From the NCBI GenBank assembly GCA_035502015.1, contig DATJVA010000126.1, forward strand, positions 1-51,254: DNA of 51,254 nucleotides, given 5' to 3'. Positions 8,257 to 17,731 of the stretch are shown piece by piece; the stretch's first letter is position 1; each line of letters opens with the position of its first letter. The DNA comes from Thermoplasmata archaeon. GTDB lineage: Archaea; Thermoplasmatota; Thermoplasmata; Lutacidiplasmatales; UBA184. Made by a program: the position numbers and the translations under genes. The notes below the pieces were generated by a model. That model ran no database searches, was not told the DNA's origin, and was given only the letters and a program-made list of their open reading frames with translations.

Positions 8257-10377
8257 GTGACCGTCTCCCCGGATTCGTCCTCCCCCCGGTCGGGCGGCTG
8301 GCGCCTTGCCGTCCGCCCTTCCGCGTACCTTCGTAGCGCGGCCGAGCAGCCGATCGAGTGGTATCCGTGGGGACCCGAACCGTTCGAGGTCGCCCGTCGG
8401 ACAGGACGACCGATCCTACTCGACCTTGGGGCCTCGTGGTGCCACTGGTGCCATGTGATGGACGAGGGCACCTACTCCGACCCGGAAGTGGCCCGTCTTC
8501 TGCTCCAGCATTTCGTGGCGGTCAAGGTCGACCGGGACGAACACCCCGAGGTCGACCGGAGGTACCAGCGCCAGGTCGGCGCCCTCACCGGTGAGGGTGG
8601 CTGGCCGCTCACCGCGTTCCTGACCCCGGAGGGAGAGGTGTTCCTGGGAGGGACGTACTTTCCTCCGACCGACGGCCACGGACGCCCGGGCTTCCGCCGG
8701 GTCCTTGCCGAGGTCGCCCGGCTGTGGCGGGAAGAGCCGGAGCGGATCCGTCAGAACGCTCGCGGCGTCCAAGGGGCCCTTCAACGGATGCGCGAGCCGC
8801 GCCCGAAAGAGGACCGGCCCCTTGACCGGTTCGTCCTGCAGACGCTCGGCGACGTGCGCTCGACCTTCGACCCGGTGAACGGCGGCTTCGGCACCGCCCC
8901 GAAGTTCCCGCATCCCACGGCGGTCGAGTTGCTCCTCTGGGACAACTATGCGAACGGGGCGAACGCGAGCGCCGACAGCGCCCACGACACGCTCCTCCGC
9001 ATGGCCGACGGGGGAATGTTCGACCAGCTCGGGGGCGGGTTCCACCGCTACTCGGTGGACGAGGGATGGCACATCCCTCACTTCGAGAAGATGGGGGTCG
9101 ACAACGCCGCGCTCCTCTCGGCGTACGTCGACGGCGCCGCCCGCTTCGACGACCCGCGCCTCGAAGAGGTCGTCCGGTCTACCATCGGCTGGGTCCGAGG
9201 GACGCTCGGCGACCCGGGCGGCGGGTTCGGGGCGAGCCAGGATGCCGACAACGCCCCCGGCGACGACGGTGGCTACTTCACTTGGACCCGTAGCGAGCTC
9301 AAGGAAGCGCTGGAGGCGGACGAGTACCGCCTGGTCTCGCGGTTCTTCGGCGTCGGCACCGACGGCCGGATGCCCCACGACCCGGACCGGAACGTGCTGT
9401 TCCGTCTCCTTCCGCTTGCAGAGGCAGCAGAGGGGATCGTCCCGCCGAAGGCGGCGGTGCCGGCGCTCGAAGGGGCCCTCACGAAGCTACGGTCCGTCCG
9501 CGCGAGGCGCCCGACCCCGGTGGTCGACCGTGCTCTCTACGCCGACATCAACGGACGCTTCATAGCCGCGTTCGCCCGCGCCGGTGCGTTTCTCGGCGAC
9601 AGCTCGGTGGTGGCGGACGCCCAAAAGGCCGCCGACCGGGCCCTTCGGGAAGCGTTCCGACCGGACCGGGGGGTCGCGCACCGGATCGGTCCCGATGGAT
9701 CGGCCGGCTACGGCCTGCTGGAGGACCAGGTGGCGTTCGCCGCCGGCCTCCTCGAGATCGCGGGCGTGCTCGCCTCGCCCACGTATCTGAAGGCGGCCAC
9801 GGGCCTCCTCGAGTTCGTCGACCGGGAGTTCCGGGGCGAGGACGGCCTCCTCCGCGACCTCTCTCCGAGCGTCTACGACGGCCCTTCCGTCCCCGGGGTC
9901 CGGGAGGCGTCCTACCCTCTCGAAGACTCGCCTCATCTTTCCGCGAACGCGTCGGCGGCCCTCTCGTTCATTCGACTCGGGTCGCTCGTTCACGACGACC
10001 GATGGACCGACAAGGCGCAGTCTCTCCTTGCTCCCATCGTGCGTCGGATCGGCGATGCGGGGCTGTTCGCGAGCGGCAGCGCGCTCGCCGCGGGCCTACT
10101 CGCGACTCCCTCCGTGACGGTCGTGGTGGAGGGGAGCGGCACCAAGGCGGCGGCGCTGCTCAGCGCCGCTCGGAGGACCTACCACCCGAACGCGTGGGTG
10201 TTCGCGGGGCACCCCCCGCCGCCGTTCCGTCTCCCGGGGGAGATGGAAACGGGATCGACCGGCTCCGAGGTCCGCGCGCTGGTCTGCTTCGGGACCGCCT
10301 GCGCTCCCCCGGTGTCGGACGCGAAAGCGCTGCGGGAACTCATCGCCGGTGGGGCGAAGAGAGCGCTACGGTCGTGA
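8257..10377 (+). CDS. Thioredoxin-domain protein of the YyaL/SSP411 (DUF255) family with an (alpha/alpha)6 C-terminal domain
   Basis: 706 aa. N-terminal WYPWGPEPFEVARRTGRPILLDLGASWCHWCHVM (CxxC in the DUF255 context), then GGWPL and GGFHRYSVDEGWHIPHFEKM motifs typical of this family. GTG start. Confidence 0.8.
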   Translation: MTVSPDSSSPRSGGWRLAVRPSAYLRSAAEQPIEWYPWGPEPFEVARRTGRPILLDLGASWCHWCHVMDEGTYSDPEVARLLLQHFVAVKVDRDEHPEVDRRYQRQVGALTGEGGWPLTAFLTPEGEVFLGGTYFPPTDGHGRPGFRRVLAEVARLWREEPERIRQNARGVQGALQRMREPRPKEDRPLDRFVLQTLGDVRSTFDPVNGGFGTAPKFPHPTAVELLLWDNYANGANASADSAHDTLLRMADGGMFDQLGGGFHRYSVDEGWHIPHFEKMGVDNAALLSAYVDGAARFDDPRLEEVVRSTIGWVRGTLGDPGGGFGASQDADNAPGDDGGYFTWTRSELKEALEADEYRLVSRFFGVGTDGRMPHDPDRNVLFRLLPLAEAAEGIVPPKAAVPALEGALTKLRSVRARRPTPVVDRALYADINGRFIAAFARAGAFLGDSSVVADAQKAADRALREAFRPDRGVAHRIGPDGSAGYGLLEDQVAFAAGLLEIAGVLASPTYLKAATGLLEFVDREFRGEDGLLRDLSPSVYDGPSVPGVREASYPLEDSPHLSANASAALSFIRLGSLVHDDRWTDKAQSLLAPIVRRIGDAGLFASGSALAAGLLATPSVTVVVEGSGTKAAALLSAARRTYHPNAWVFAGHPPPPFRLPGEMETGSTGSEVRALVCFGTACAPPVSDAKALRELIAGGAKRALRS

Positions 10378-11149
10378 GCTCGCCGAGGTCGGTGCCGTCA
10401 AGCAGGTACGCCCGGGCGACGCCGCCGGCGAGGAACCTCCGATAGAGGAACGAGCGACCGCGAGCCGGGCGCTCCCGGTTGAGTGCTTCGGTCCCCGCGA
10501 GCGGATTGAAGGCGGGAACGATCACGACCTCGCGAGCCCGCACCTCGGACCGCCGGGACGGTCGGCGGCGCTTTCGAGCGGGAGGCGGTTGGCGCTCGAC
10601 CCGAACCCAGCAACGCCGCTTCCCTTCGCTGTCGTCCGCGGTCGGAGCGAGCCGGTACCCGGGGTGAAGATGGCCCGCGACGAGCCGGGGAGCACGGAGC
10701 ACCGGGTTCGATGGCCAGCGGTGCCCGTGGAAGATCCCGACCCCCGAGCGCACGATCCCGGTGGGTGGATGCACCATCACCTCGCGCGGCAGATGCCGGA
10801 CGATCCCGACGTCGTGGTTCCCAAGGACGAGCTCGGCCGAGAGGTCCGCTCGGAGGATCTCCGAAAAGAAGTCGAAGATCACCGGCCGAAGCGGGACCGG
10901 GGTCCCGACGATCGGATGCTTCGCATCGCCGGCCACGACGACCGATCGCACGCCGGCGGCTCGCGCCACCGCGATCAGCCTCTCGGCGAGCAGGTCCGCC
11001 GCGGCCTCGGGCGGTCCGAGCGGACGCTCGGGAGTGCTTCCGAGGCCGAGGTGGATGTCGGCCACGACGAGGGTCCGGCTCTCGGACGGGTCGGCCGGCT
11101 CGATGACGAGCGCCGGCGCGTCCGGTACGGGCCGCAGAACGGTCTCCAC
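10340..11149 (-). CDS. Metallophosphoesterase (ICC/COG1407-like)
   Basis: LVVADIHLG, VVVAGDAKH, LVLGNHD and FHGHRWP / GHLHP metal-ligand motifs of calcineurin-like phosphoesterases. Start set at in-frame GTG 11149; the track ORF runs to 11350 but would overrun the divergent promoter. Start uncertain. Confidence 0.7.
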   Translation of the reverse strand: METVLRPVPDAPALVIEPADPSESRTLVVADIHLGLGSTPERPLGPPEAAADLLAERLIAVARAAGVRSVVVAGDAKHPIVGTPVPLRPVIFDFFSEILRADLSAELVLGNHDVGIVRHLPREVMVHPPTGIVRSGVGIFHGHRWPSNPVLRAPRLVAGHLHPGYRLAPTADDSEGKRRCWVRVERQPPPARKRRRPSRRSEVRAREVVIVPAFNPLAGTEALNRERPARGRSFLYRRFLAGGVARAYLLDGTDLGELTTVALSSPHRR

Positions 11150-11230
11150 GACGAGGTGAGCAGGCCCCGGGCCAATACGGTTCGCGACCGGAGCTACCCT
11201 CGCTCTCCGAGAGGTCGAACCATGTGCTCT

Positions 11231-11240
11231 TATATAAAAG
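11231..11240 (+). promoter_or_regulatory. Strong TATA box (TATATAAAAG) for the HTH regulator gene
   Basis: The most AT-rich decamer in the region. It lies 30-39 nt upstream of GTG 11270, consistent with a leaderless or near-leaderless archaeal transcript. Confidence 0.55.
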
Positions 11241-11269
11241 AGGTAAATGGATTGTTCCGGGGGAGCCGG

Positions 11270-12259
11270 GTGCAGTCCGCACGAGAGCAGTCGATCGATC
11301 GGATCCGCTCGCTGCTCGAGCGCGCCGGGTTCTACGTCGCCGACACGCACTCGATCCGCCCGACGAGCTTCGACCTTGCCGCTCGTCGGGACGCTACGCT
11401 CCTTCTCGTGAAGGTCCTGAAGAACATCGACGCGCTCGATTCGGAGGAAGCGAACCGGCTCCGCGAGCTCGGCCAGCTGTTCCCGGCGATCACGCTCGTG
11501 ATCGGTCAGACGTCGGGCGCGTCGGAACTTGACCCCGGCGTGGTGTACACCCGCTACGGAGTACCGATCATCAACGAGGAGACGCTCCAGGAGTTCCTCG
11601 AAAAGGCGCTCCCTCCGTTCCTCTACGCGAGCCCCGGCGGGACGTTCGCCCAGGTCGACGGGCCCCGGCTCCGGGAGCTCCGGGGCGAGCGGGGGCTTTC
11701 CCTCGGGACCCTGGCGAGCATCGCGGGGGTTTCCCGGCGGGCGATCCAGCTCTACGAGGAGAGCGCCGGGGCCGAGGCGCTCGTCGTCGAGCGGATCGAG
11801 ACGTTCCTCGGGGAGACGATCGTCCGCCCCATCGACCTGTTCAACTGGGCCTCCCGAGGTCAGGACGACAACCGCAAGGGAGCGCCGGAGGACGAGCCTC
11901 CCACGACCGCGGAGCGCTCTCGCTCGTCCCCGGGAGACGCGCTACGGGACGGGGTCGTTCGGCAGCTCGGCGGGATGGGCCTCGAGGTGACGGTCACCGT
12001 CCGTGCCCCGTTCGACGCCCTCGCTCGGACCCCGGATGTGCTTCTCGCCGCCGTCGGGAGCCTGCGGACCGCGCTCCATCGCGCCGAAGTGCTGCACGGG
12101 CTCGCCCGGGTCGCCGAGGGGCACGCACTGTTCGTCGTCCGCGACCCCGTGCCCCGCTCCTCCATCGCCGGCCTCCCGATCCTCACGTTCACTGAGCTGC
12201 GTCGGCACCGCGACCCGGACGAGCTGATCGAGGAGATCACCGAACGGGAAGGTCCGTGA
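11270..12259 (+). CDS. Putative HTH-type transcriptional regulator (archaeal COG1395-like, central XRE-type HTH)
   Basis: 329 aa from GTG: QSAREQSIDRIRSLLERAGFYVADTH...FDLAARRDATLLLVKVLKNIDAL, then the HTH LRELRGERGLSLGTLASIAGVSRRAIQLYE. Architecture matches the conserved archaeal family. The upstream part of track ORF 10349..12259 is antisense shadow. Confidence 0.7.
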   Translation: MQSAREQSIDRIRSLLERAGFYVADTHSIRPTSFDLAARRDATLLLVKVLKNIDALDSEEANRLRELGQLFPAITLVIGQTSGASELDPGVVYTRYGVPIINEETLQEFLEKALPPFLYASPGGTFAQVDGPRLRELRGERGLSLGTLASIAGVSRRAIQLYEESAGAEALVVERIETFLGETIVRPIDLFNWASRGQDDNRKGAPEDEPPTTAERSRSSPGDALRDGVVRQLGGMGLEVTVTVRAPFDALARTPDVLLAAVGSLRTALHRAEVLHGLARVAEGHALFVVRDPVPRSSIAGLPILTFTELRRHRDPDELIEEITEREGP

Positions 12260-12900
12260 ACACCGCGGTGTTCCCGAACGCCCCCGGCGTCCTCCTCCTC
12301 GCGCCGGTCCGTGGCCTCACGTCGGAGGTGCCGCGGCTCCTGGCGGCGCTCGAAGGGCTAGCGCCGGTACAGCTCGGGTTCGGCCTCTCCTCCGGCGAGC
12401 TGCAGAGCCTGCACGACTACTTCGTCGCCTCCGAGGCCGAACCGGTGGTCCCGCTTACCGACAACGAGACGAGCGAGGTGCGCGGGCTCGTCCGTTTCGG
12501 TGAGGTCCGGGTCCCGAACCCGTCGTTCGTCGAGGCCCTCCGCTGGGCGGAAGCGCGGAAGGTCCCTGCCGTCCCCCTCGACCCCGACGACGACCATACG
12601 GCGGCGCTGTTCGCCCATCACATCGGCTACCTCGAGCTCGTCCGGCGGACCGTCCGCGAACGGCGGGTCTCCCGCAGTCCCCCGACCCCGTCCTCGGCCG
12701 ACGAGTTCGCTCTCGAGTGGGACCGCGAGGTCGCCGCCGGCCGAGGGTCGCGGAGCTTCGCCGCGGCCCGGGACGGCTACCTCGCGCGCCAGGTCTCCGC
12801 GATCGCCTCCCGGCGCCCGCTCGGGGTCGTGGTCGATCGGGAACGGTTCGACTCGGTCCGGGAGCTGATCCTCGAACCCCCCCGACTTCCGTCGGAGTGA
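12256..12900 (+). CDS. Hypothetical protein with weak, degenerate TraB/PrgY/Tiki-like resemblance
   Basis: 214 aa. GTG start overlaps the upstream stop (GTGA). Spacing resembles the TraB family (LLLAPVRGLTSEV...APVQLGFGL..., later EALRWAEARKVPAVPLDPDD), but the GTAHVS-type motif is absent. Assignment is tentative. Confidence 0.3.
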   Translation: MNTAVFPNAPGVLLLAPVRGLTSEVPRLLAALEGLAPVQLGFGLSSGELQSLHDYFVASEAEPVVPLTDNETSEVRGLVRFGEVRVPNPSFVEALRWAEARKVPAVPLDPDDDHTAALFAHHIGYLELVRRTVRERRVSRSPPTPSSADEFALEWDREVAAGRGSRSFAAARDGYLARQVSAIASRRPLGVVVDRERFDSVRELILEPPRLPSE

Positions 12901-12924
12901 GAAGACCCGTCCGGTTCCCGCGCG

Positions 12925-13467
12925 CTAGTCCTCGCGCGCGAGGATCTTCTCGAGCATCGCGCGACCGGAGCGGCGGAACTCGTCGAGCGACCCCTCGTTG
13001 ACGAGCATCCCGTCCGCGAGCGCGAAGGCGTTCCCGATCCCCCACTTGAGCTCGCGGTGGTCCCGGTTGTAGAACTCCTGGAGGTCGGTGGCGTCGTCGG
13101 CCCGGCTTCGGCTCGTCATGCGGTCGTGCCGAGTCTCGGGCGAGGCGAAGATCCCGAGGACGAACAGGTCGCCGAAGTTGTGTCGGAAGACCGTCACCTC
13201 GGTGTCGGACCGGCAGCCGTCCACGAGCATGCGGGTCTCGGTGAGCTTCGGTATCGCGCGTTGGGCCCAGATCCCCGGCCCGTGCTTCTCGCGTTCCTCG
13301 GAGGCGATCCGAGCCACGTTCTGGTTGGTGACCTGAAGTCCACGCCGTCGGGTCTCCTCGCGGACGAGGTCGCCCATCTTGAGCGTCGCGAGGCCCATCG
13401 ACCGGGCGACGCCGACGAGCTCGTCCTTGCCCGAACCGGGCATGCCGACCGTGACGATCAGCTTCAT
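12925..13467 (-). CDS. P-loop nucleotide kinase-like protein, UPF0200 family
   Basis: 180 aa: MKLIVTVGMPGSGKDE (Walker A), MGDLVREE, DGCRSDTEV, RADDATDLQEFYNRDHRELKWGIGNAFALADGMLVNEGSLDEF. This pattern is characteristic of the archaeal UPF0200 / dephospho-CoA-kinase-like family. Confidence 0.75.
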   Translation of the reverse strand: MKLIVTVGMPGSGKDELVGVARSMGLATLKMGDLVREETRRRGLQVTNQNVARIASEEREKHGPGIWAQRAIPKLTETRMLVDGCRSDTEVTVFRHNFGDLFVLGIFASPETRHDRMTSRSRADDATDLQEFYNRDHRELKWGIGNAFALADGMLVNEGSLDEFRRSGRAMLEKILARED

Positions 13468-14090
13468 AGCGACGGCGGCGGCTCGTCGGAGGCGGTCTTC
13501 TTCTCGGTCGCGCCCGCCTTGAGGTGGTCCGCCACCTCGTGCTCGGTGACCATCTGAAGGCGGTCCGCCCTCTGGCGGTACGCCACCGCTTCCTGCTCGG
13601 CGAGGCGAGCGGTCTCGATGTAGCGGTCGACCTTCACCTTGAGCTCGGCGGTCTTCTGCGTCTTGGTCGCGGCCCTCAGTTCGAGCGCCCGCGCCTTCTG
13701 CTGTCGGTCGACCACCTTCTGCTGGAGCTTCCGGACGCGATAGTGCAGGCTCGTCACGTCCGAGCCGACCGGCGCGCCTCCCGAGCGGTTGGTCGCCGCC
13801 GCGATGTCGCGCTCGTGCTGCTTCATCTCCTGCTCGATCTCGGGGATCTGTGCCAGGGCCTTCTGTCCCCTCTCCCGCAGCAGGGTCGCTTGGTGCCGGA
13901 GCTTCTCGATATGCGTGTTCAGCCGGGCCACGCGCTGCTGCGCGCGGGCCGCCGCCCTGTCGTGGCGGGCGGCGATCTCCCGGAGCTTGGTGATATCCGC
14001 ATACTGCTGACCGATCCAGCGGGACCGTCGGGCGGCGAGAGGGGTGGCGGCCCCGGTTTGCTGAGGGGCTTCTCCCCCACCGGTCGCCAT
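13464..14090 (-). CDS. Coiled-coil protein, function unknown
   Basis: ~208 aa, Gln/Arg/Ala/Lys/Glu-rich with heptad character throughout (e.g. QQRVARLNTHIEKLRHQATLLRERGQKALAQIPEIEQEMKQHERD). Its stop overlaps the UPF0200 ATG (ATGA). Start is ATG 14090 or GTG 14096. Confidence 0.55.
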   Translation of the reverse strand: MATGGGEAPQQTGAATPLAARRSRWIGQQYADITKLREIAARHDRAAARAQQRVARLNTHIEKLRHQATLLRERGQKALAQIPEIEQEMKQHERDIAAATNRSGGAPVGSDVTSLHYRVRKLQQKVVDRQQKARALELRAATKTQKTAELKVKVDRYIETARLAEQEAVAYRQRADRLQMVTEHEVADHLKAGATEKKTASDEPPPSL

Positions 14091-14114
14091 CAGCACAGAG
14101 TGACCCGGCCGCGA

Positions 14115-14122
14115 GATATAGC
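14115..14122 (-). promoter_or_regulatory. TATA box candidate for the coiled-coil/UPF0200 operon
   Basis: Minus-strand GGCTATATC, about 25-30 nt upstream of ATG 14090. Suggests a leaderless transcript. Confidence 0.4.
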
Positions 14123-14154
14123 CATTGTCGTACGGCCGAAGGCGGGCGGTCGGC

Positions 14155-15660
14155 TCAACTCTGTCGGGGCCGTGGAGGTCGGAAGAACGGTGCGAGCCGG
14201 GCCGCGAGCTGCGACACCGGCACGCGCTCCTGGGTCTTCGAGTCGCGCGTGCGGACGGTAACCGTGTCGCGATTCAGTCCGTCGCCGGTCGTCTCGGAAT
14301 CTACGGTAACGCAGAACGGGGTCCCGGCCTCGTCCATGCGGGCGTAGCGTTTGCCGATCGTCCCGGAGTCGTCGAGCTGGTTCGCGATGCCCTCGGCGGC
14401 GAGGTCGTCGGAGAGCTTCAGCGCGTAGCCACCGTGCTCCTTAGGGATCAGGGGAAAGACCCCGACGGGCACCGGGGCGAGGTAGGGGGGAAGGCGCCAG
14501 ACGGTCCGATCCCCGTCCTTTCCCAGGTGCACGTCCGCTACGGCCCAGAGCGAACGGTCGACCCCGTAGGTGAGCTCGAGGACGTGAGGGAGCACCGAGC
14601 GGCCCCCGGTGAGCGTGACCGAGAGGTCCTTTCCCGATCCCTGGCCATGGCGGCCGAGGTCGTAGTCGCCGCGGTAGTGGACCGCCCCGATCTCCTTGAA
14701 CCCCGCCATGCTGTCGAGCGCGACCTCGACGTCGAACTGGATGCGGTTGTAGAACGCACGCTCCTGGTCCGACTTCTCGAAGAGACGGATCCGCTCGGCA
14801 GGGAACCCGAGGACGTCGCGATAGTAGCGGTAGGTGTGAACGAGGTGGTAGACGTAGAACTCGGGAAGGGCTCCCACGGAGACTAGGTCGCCAGCGGAGG
14901 TCGCCACAGCCTCCTCGGAACCGGCGAGCCGTCGCGCCGCCCGTACGACCGGAAGCTTCTCGTCACGGACCCGCTCGAACGGCAGCGGAAAGTTCTCCGG
15001 ATCAAAGAAGATCTGCAGCTCCGCCTGCTCGAAACTGCGCATCCGCAGGACGAGCTGGCGTGGCGCGATCTCGTTACGGTACGCTTTCCCGATGATCGCG
15101 ATCCCGAGCGGAAGGGCGTGGCGGCCGACGTCCCACATCCGGGGAAAGGAGAGGTAGCTGCTCTGCGCGGTCTCCGGACGCAGATAGGCCCGTTCGTGAC
15201 CGGTCACTCCGTAGTCGAGGCCGAACATGAGGTTGAACGGCGGCGGCACGCTCAGGGTCGTCGCGCCGCAGCTCGGGCACTTCACGCCCTTGGCGCGGAC
15301 GAGCTCCTCGACCTCCTTCGAGGTGAGTCCATCGACACCTTCCGGTCGCACCTTCTCGAGCACGGTGTCGGCGCGGAACGCGTTGTGGCACGTGTCGCAC
15401 ACCACCTCGGGGTCGGTGAAGTTCTCTAGGTGCCCCGAGGCGCGCACGACCGCCTCGGGCAGGATCTCGGACGGGTCGATGAGGTAGTAGTCGTGGGAGA
15501 GGCCCACGAACCAGGCGGCCCAAGCGTCCTCGATGCGGCGCTTCAGGGCCCTTCCGAGCGGGCCGTAGTCGTAGAGTCCCTGGGCGCCACCGTAGATCTC
15601 GGCGGTCGGCCAGAAGACCCCTCGGCGGCGCAGTAGGGCGAACAGCTCGTCGCTCTTCAT
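14155..15660 (-). CDS. glyS: Glycine--tRNA ligase (archaeal/eukaryotic-type class II GlyRS)
   Basis: 501 aa from MKSDELFALLRRRGVFWPTAEIYGGAQGLYDYGPLG. Also AYLRPETAQ, GKAYRNEISPR-like motif 2 (GKAYRNEIAPR), GVDR motif 3 region, and a C-terminal anticodon-binding domain (DDSGTIGKRYARMDEAGTPFCVTVD). Confidence 0.9.
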   Translation of the reverse strand: MKSDELFALLRRRGVFWPTAEIYGGAQGLYDYGPLGRALKRRIEDAWAAWFVGLSHDYYLIDPSEILPEAVVRASGHLENFTDPEVVCDTCHNAFRADTVLEKVRPEGVDGLTSKEVEELVRAKGVKCPSCGATTLSVPPPFNLMFGLDYGVTGHERAYLRPETAQSSYLSFPRMWDVGRHALPLGIAIIGKAYRNEIAPRQLVLRMRSFEQAELQIFFDPENFPLPFERVRDEKLPVVRAARRLAGSEEAVATSAGDLVSVGALPEFYVYHLVHTYRYYRDVLGFPAERIRLFEKSDQERAFYNRIQFDVEVALDSMAGFKEIGAVHYRGDYDLGRHGQGSGKDLSVTLTGGRSVLPHVLELTYGVDRSLWAVADVHLGKDGDRTVWRLPPYLAPVPVGVFPLIPKEHGGYALKLSDDLAAEGIANQLDDSGTIGKRYARMDEAGTPFCVTVDSETTGDGLNRDTVTVRTRDSKTQERVPVSQLAARLAPFFRPPRPRQS

Positions 15661-16760
15661 CGGCCGTGCTCCCGGTGTCGGCCCGGGGTTCGGCTCCGGA
15701 CCATAAGGTGTTCGGTCGTGCGGGTGACGACCTGGTACGCCGGGTCGTCGGGCGGGAGCCGAAGGATGACCGGCGCGACCGGCATGCCTGCGACGACGAG
15801 CGCGCACTCCGGCTCGCCGAGCCACCTCCAAGGCTCGACGAGAGCGGCCCGGGCGAGGAACGCCGCCGAGACCGGTCGGCGGCGGAGCCGGGACGCGACG
15901 TAGGCGAACTCCATCTCTCGCCAGAGCGACGGAGCATGGAACATCGCATTGTCGGTGCCGAGCAGCACCGAAAGACCGAGGCGTTCCATCGCCCCCAGGT
16001 CCGGCTGTCGAGCGAACAGCGCGTTCGACCGCGGGCATACTGCGACCGACACCCGTTCGTCCCGGACGGTGGCGAGGTCGTCGGGGGTCGCCTTCGCCAG
16101 ATGGATGAGCAGGTCCGGTCGGGGGTCCAAGTAGCGCTCCGGCTTCTCGCGGACCGCCTCGCTCGCGTGGAGGGCGAACGGCTTTCCCGCGGCCCGACAC
16201 GCCCGGGCGACGGCCCTACGGGTCTCCTCGGTCTCGTCCCGGGCGCTCGACAGTCCGGCACCGTCGGCCACCGCGAGGAGACCTCGCAGCTCGGAGCTCA
16301 CGACGGGGCGCGCCAGCGGTCGGCCGAGGGCGAGCACGCGGACCGAACTGCCCCGCGCCGCGTCGCGCAGCAGCTCGACGCCGGCGCGTCCCTCTTCCCG
16401 AAAGTCCACGGTCGCCGCCACACCCTCACGCTCCATCCGGTGGAGCGACGCTCGGATCGCCGCGACCTTCTCCGCCCGACTGGCGCTCGCAAGGAGGCGG
16501 AACTTGTACCCGTGCGGCGGCTGGATGAGCTTTGAAACCGGGCCGGGCGGCGGTTCGCGCACCGAGACCGCGTCGCCGAGATGGGTGTGAGCGTTCACCG
16601 GAGGCGGCACGACGATCCCGCGGATCCGGGTCTCGCCGCGATGACGTCCTTCCGTCCCGAGAGCGCCGACCTCCGTGACCCGCCCGTCACGGACCCGCAC
16701 GTACGCAGGTCGAGCCCCTTCGACGTCCAGGATCGCTCCTACCACGAGCATGCGATTCAC
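15657..16760 (-). CDS. Amidohydrolase-family metal-dependent hydrolase (chlorohydrolase/deaminase-like)
   Basis: 367 aa. N-terminal beta-sandwich then PPPVNAHTHLGD (HxH metal site), later LHASE and GTDN motifs. Stop overlaps the glyS ATG. Start is GTG 16760 or ATG 16751. Confidence 0.7.
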   Translation of the reverse strand: MNRMLVVGAILDVEGARPAYVRVRDGRVTEVGALGTEGRHRGETRIRGIVVPPPVNAHTHLGDAVSVREPPPGPVSKLIQPPHGYKFRLLASASRAEKVAAIRASLHRMEREGVAATVDFREEGRAGVELLRDAARGSSVRVLALGRPLARPVVSSELRGLLAVADGAGLSSARDETEETRRAVARACRAAGKPFALHASEAVREKPERYLDPRPDLLIHLAKATPDDLATVRDERVSVAVCPRSNALFARQPDLGAMERLGLSVLLGTDNAMFHAPSLWREMEFAYVASRLRRRPVSAAFLARAALVEPWRWLGEPECALVVAGMPVAPVILRLPPDDPAYQVVTRTTEHLMVRSRTPGRHREHGR

Positions 16761-16845
16761 GGCGGGAACCCTCCGCCGACTTAAGCGGCTTACCGCGCTC
16801 CCCCAAGCGATAAGGGACCGGGGACCTCACGTCGTGACGCGGACC

Positions 16846-17721
16846 ATGGACGGCGCGACCGACGACCGACCCCGGGACCTCCTCGTCTCGGGTCACGTCA
16901 TCGTGGACCGGTTCCTCACCGTCCGGTCGTTTCCCGATGCCGACCGCACGGTTCCGGTCGTCACGTCCCGCACCGAGCTCGGGGGGACCGCGACCAACAT
17001 CGTGCGCGCGGCCTCCCGGCTCGGTGTCGCCACCGGCCTCGTGGCCCGGGTCGGCGACGGGTTCCCGGCCGAGTACGTCACCGCGCTGCGTCGCGCCGGG
17101 GTTGACGTCCGCGGACTCGAGCGGGTGCGCGCTCGTCCCACCCCGACGTGTTACATCGTCGAGGACGCCAAAGGTGCCCAGCGCACCCTCATCGACCAAG
17201 GAGTGATGGGGGCTCGGCAACCCGCGCGGGTGCCCCTTCGCTGGATCTCGGAGTACTCGTGGCTCCACCTGACCACCGCGGACCCCGAGTTCCAGCTCCA
17301 GCTCCAACGGAGCGCTCGTCAGCGCGGCCTGAAGGTCGCCGCGGACCCGGCCCAGGAGATCCACTACCGCTGGGACCGCCGGTCGTTCCGAAAGCTGCTC
17401 CGGGGTTCGGAGATCCTCTTCGGCAATCGCTCGGAGGTCGGTCGCGCCCGAGAGTTCGTGGGAGCGACCCGGACCGAGGGTCTGCTCGAGTTCGTTCCGC
17501 TGGTCGTGCGTACGGAGGGTCGGTCCGGCGCGACGGCGTTCTCGCGGGCCGGAACCGTCCACGTATCGGCGGCCCGGCCGACCAAGGTCCGCACGCTCGT
17601 GGGCGCTGGGGACGCGTTCCGGGGCGGCTTCTATGCCGGCTGGTTCGCCGGTCAGCCGCTTGGCGCCTGCCTGACGGCCGGGACGCGCAGCTCCGCACGA
17701 TGGATCGAGGGGCGGAGGTAG
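16846..17721 (+). CDS. PfkB-family carbohydrate/nucleoside kinase
   Basis: 291 aa from ATG 16846. Has GGTATN (LGGTATNIV) and the C-terminal ATP/anion-hole motif GAGDAFRGGF. TATA-like GATAAG lies ~30-38 nt upstream. Confidence 0.75.
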   Translation: MDGATDDRPRDLLVSGHVIVDRFLTVRSFPDADRTVPVVTSRTELGGTATNIVRAASRLGVATGLVARVGDGFPAEYVTALRRAGVDVRGLERVRARPTPTCYIVEDAKGAQRTLIDQGVMGARQPARVPLRWISEYSWLHLTTADPEFQLQLQRSARQRGLKVAADPAQEIHYRWDRRSFRKLLRGSEILFGNRSEVGRAREFVGATRTEGLLEFVPLVVRTEGRSGATAFSRAGTVHVSAARPTKVRTLVGAGDAFRGGFYAGWFAGQPLGACLTAGTRSSARWIEGRR

Positions 17722-17731
17722 TGGTCGTCCG

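Noticed and set aside
10349-11269. N-terminal 307 aa of track ORF 10349..12259
   Set aside because: It is antisense to the metallophosphoesterase gene. The conserved HTH-regulator N-terminus begins at GTG 11270, right after a strong TATA box.
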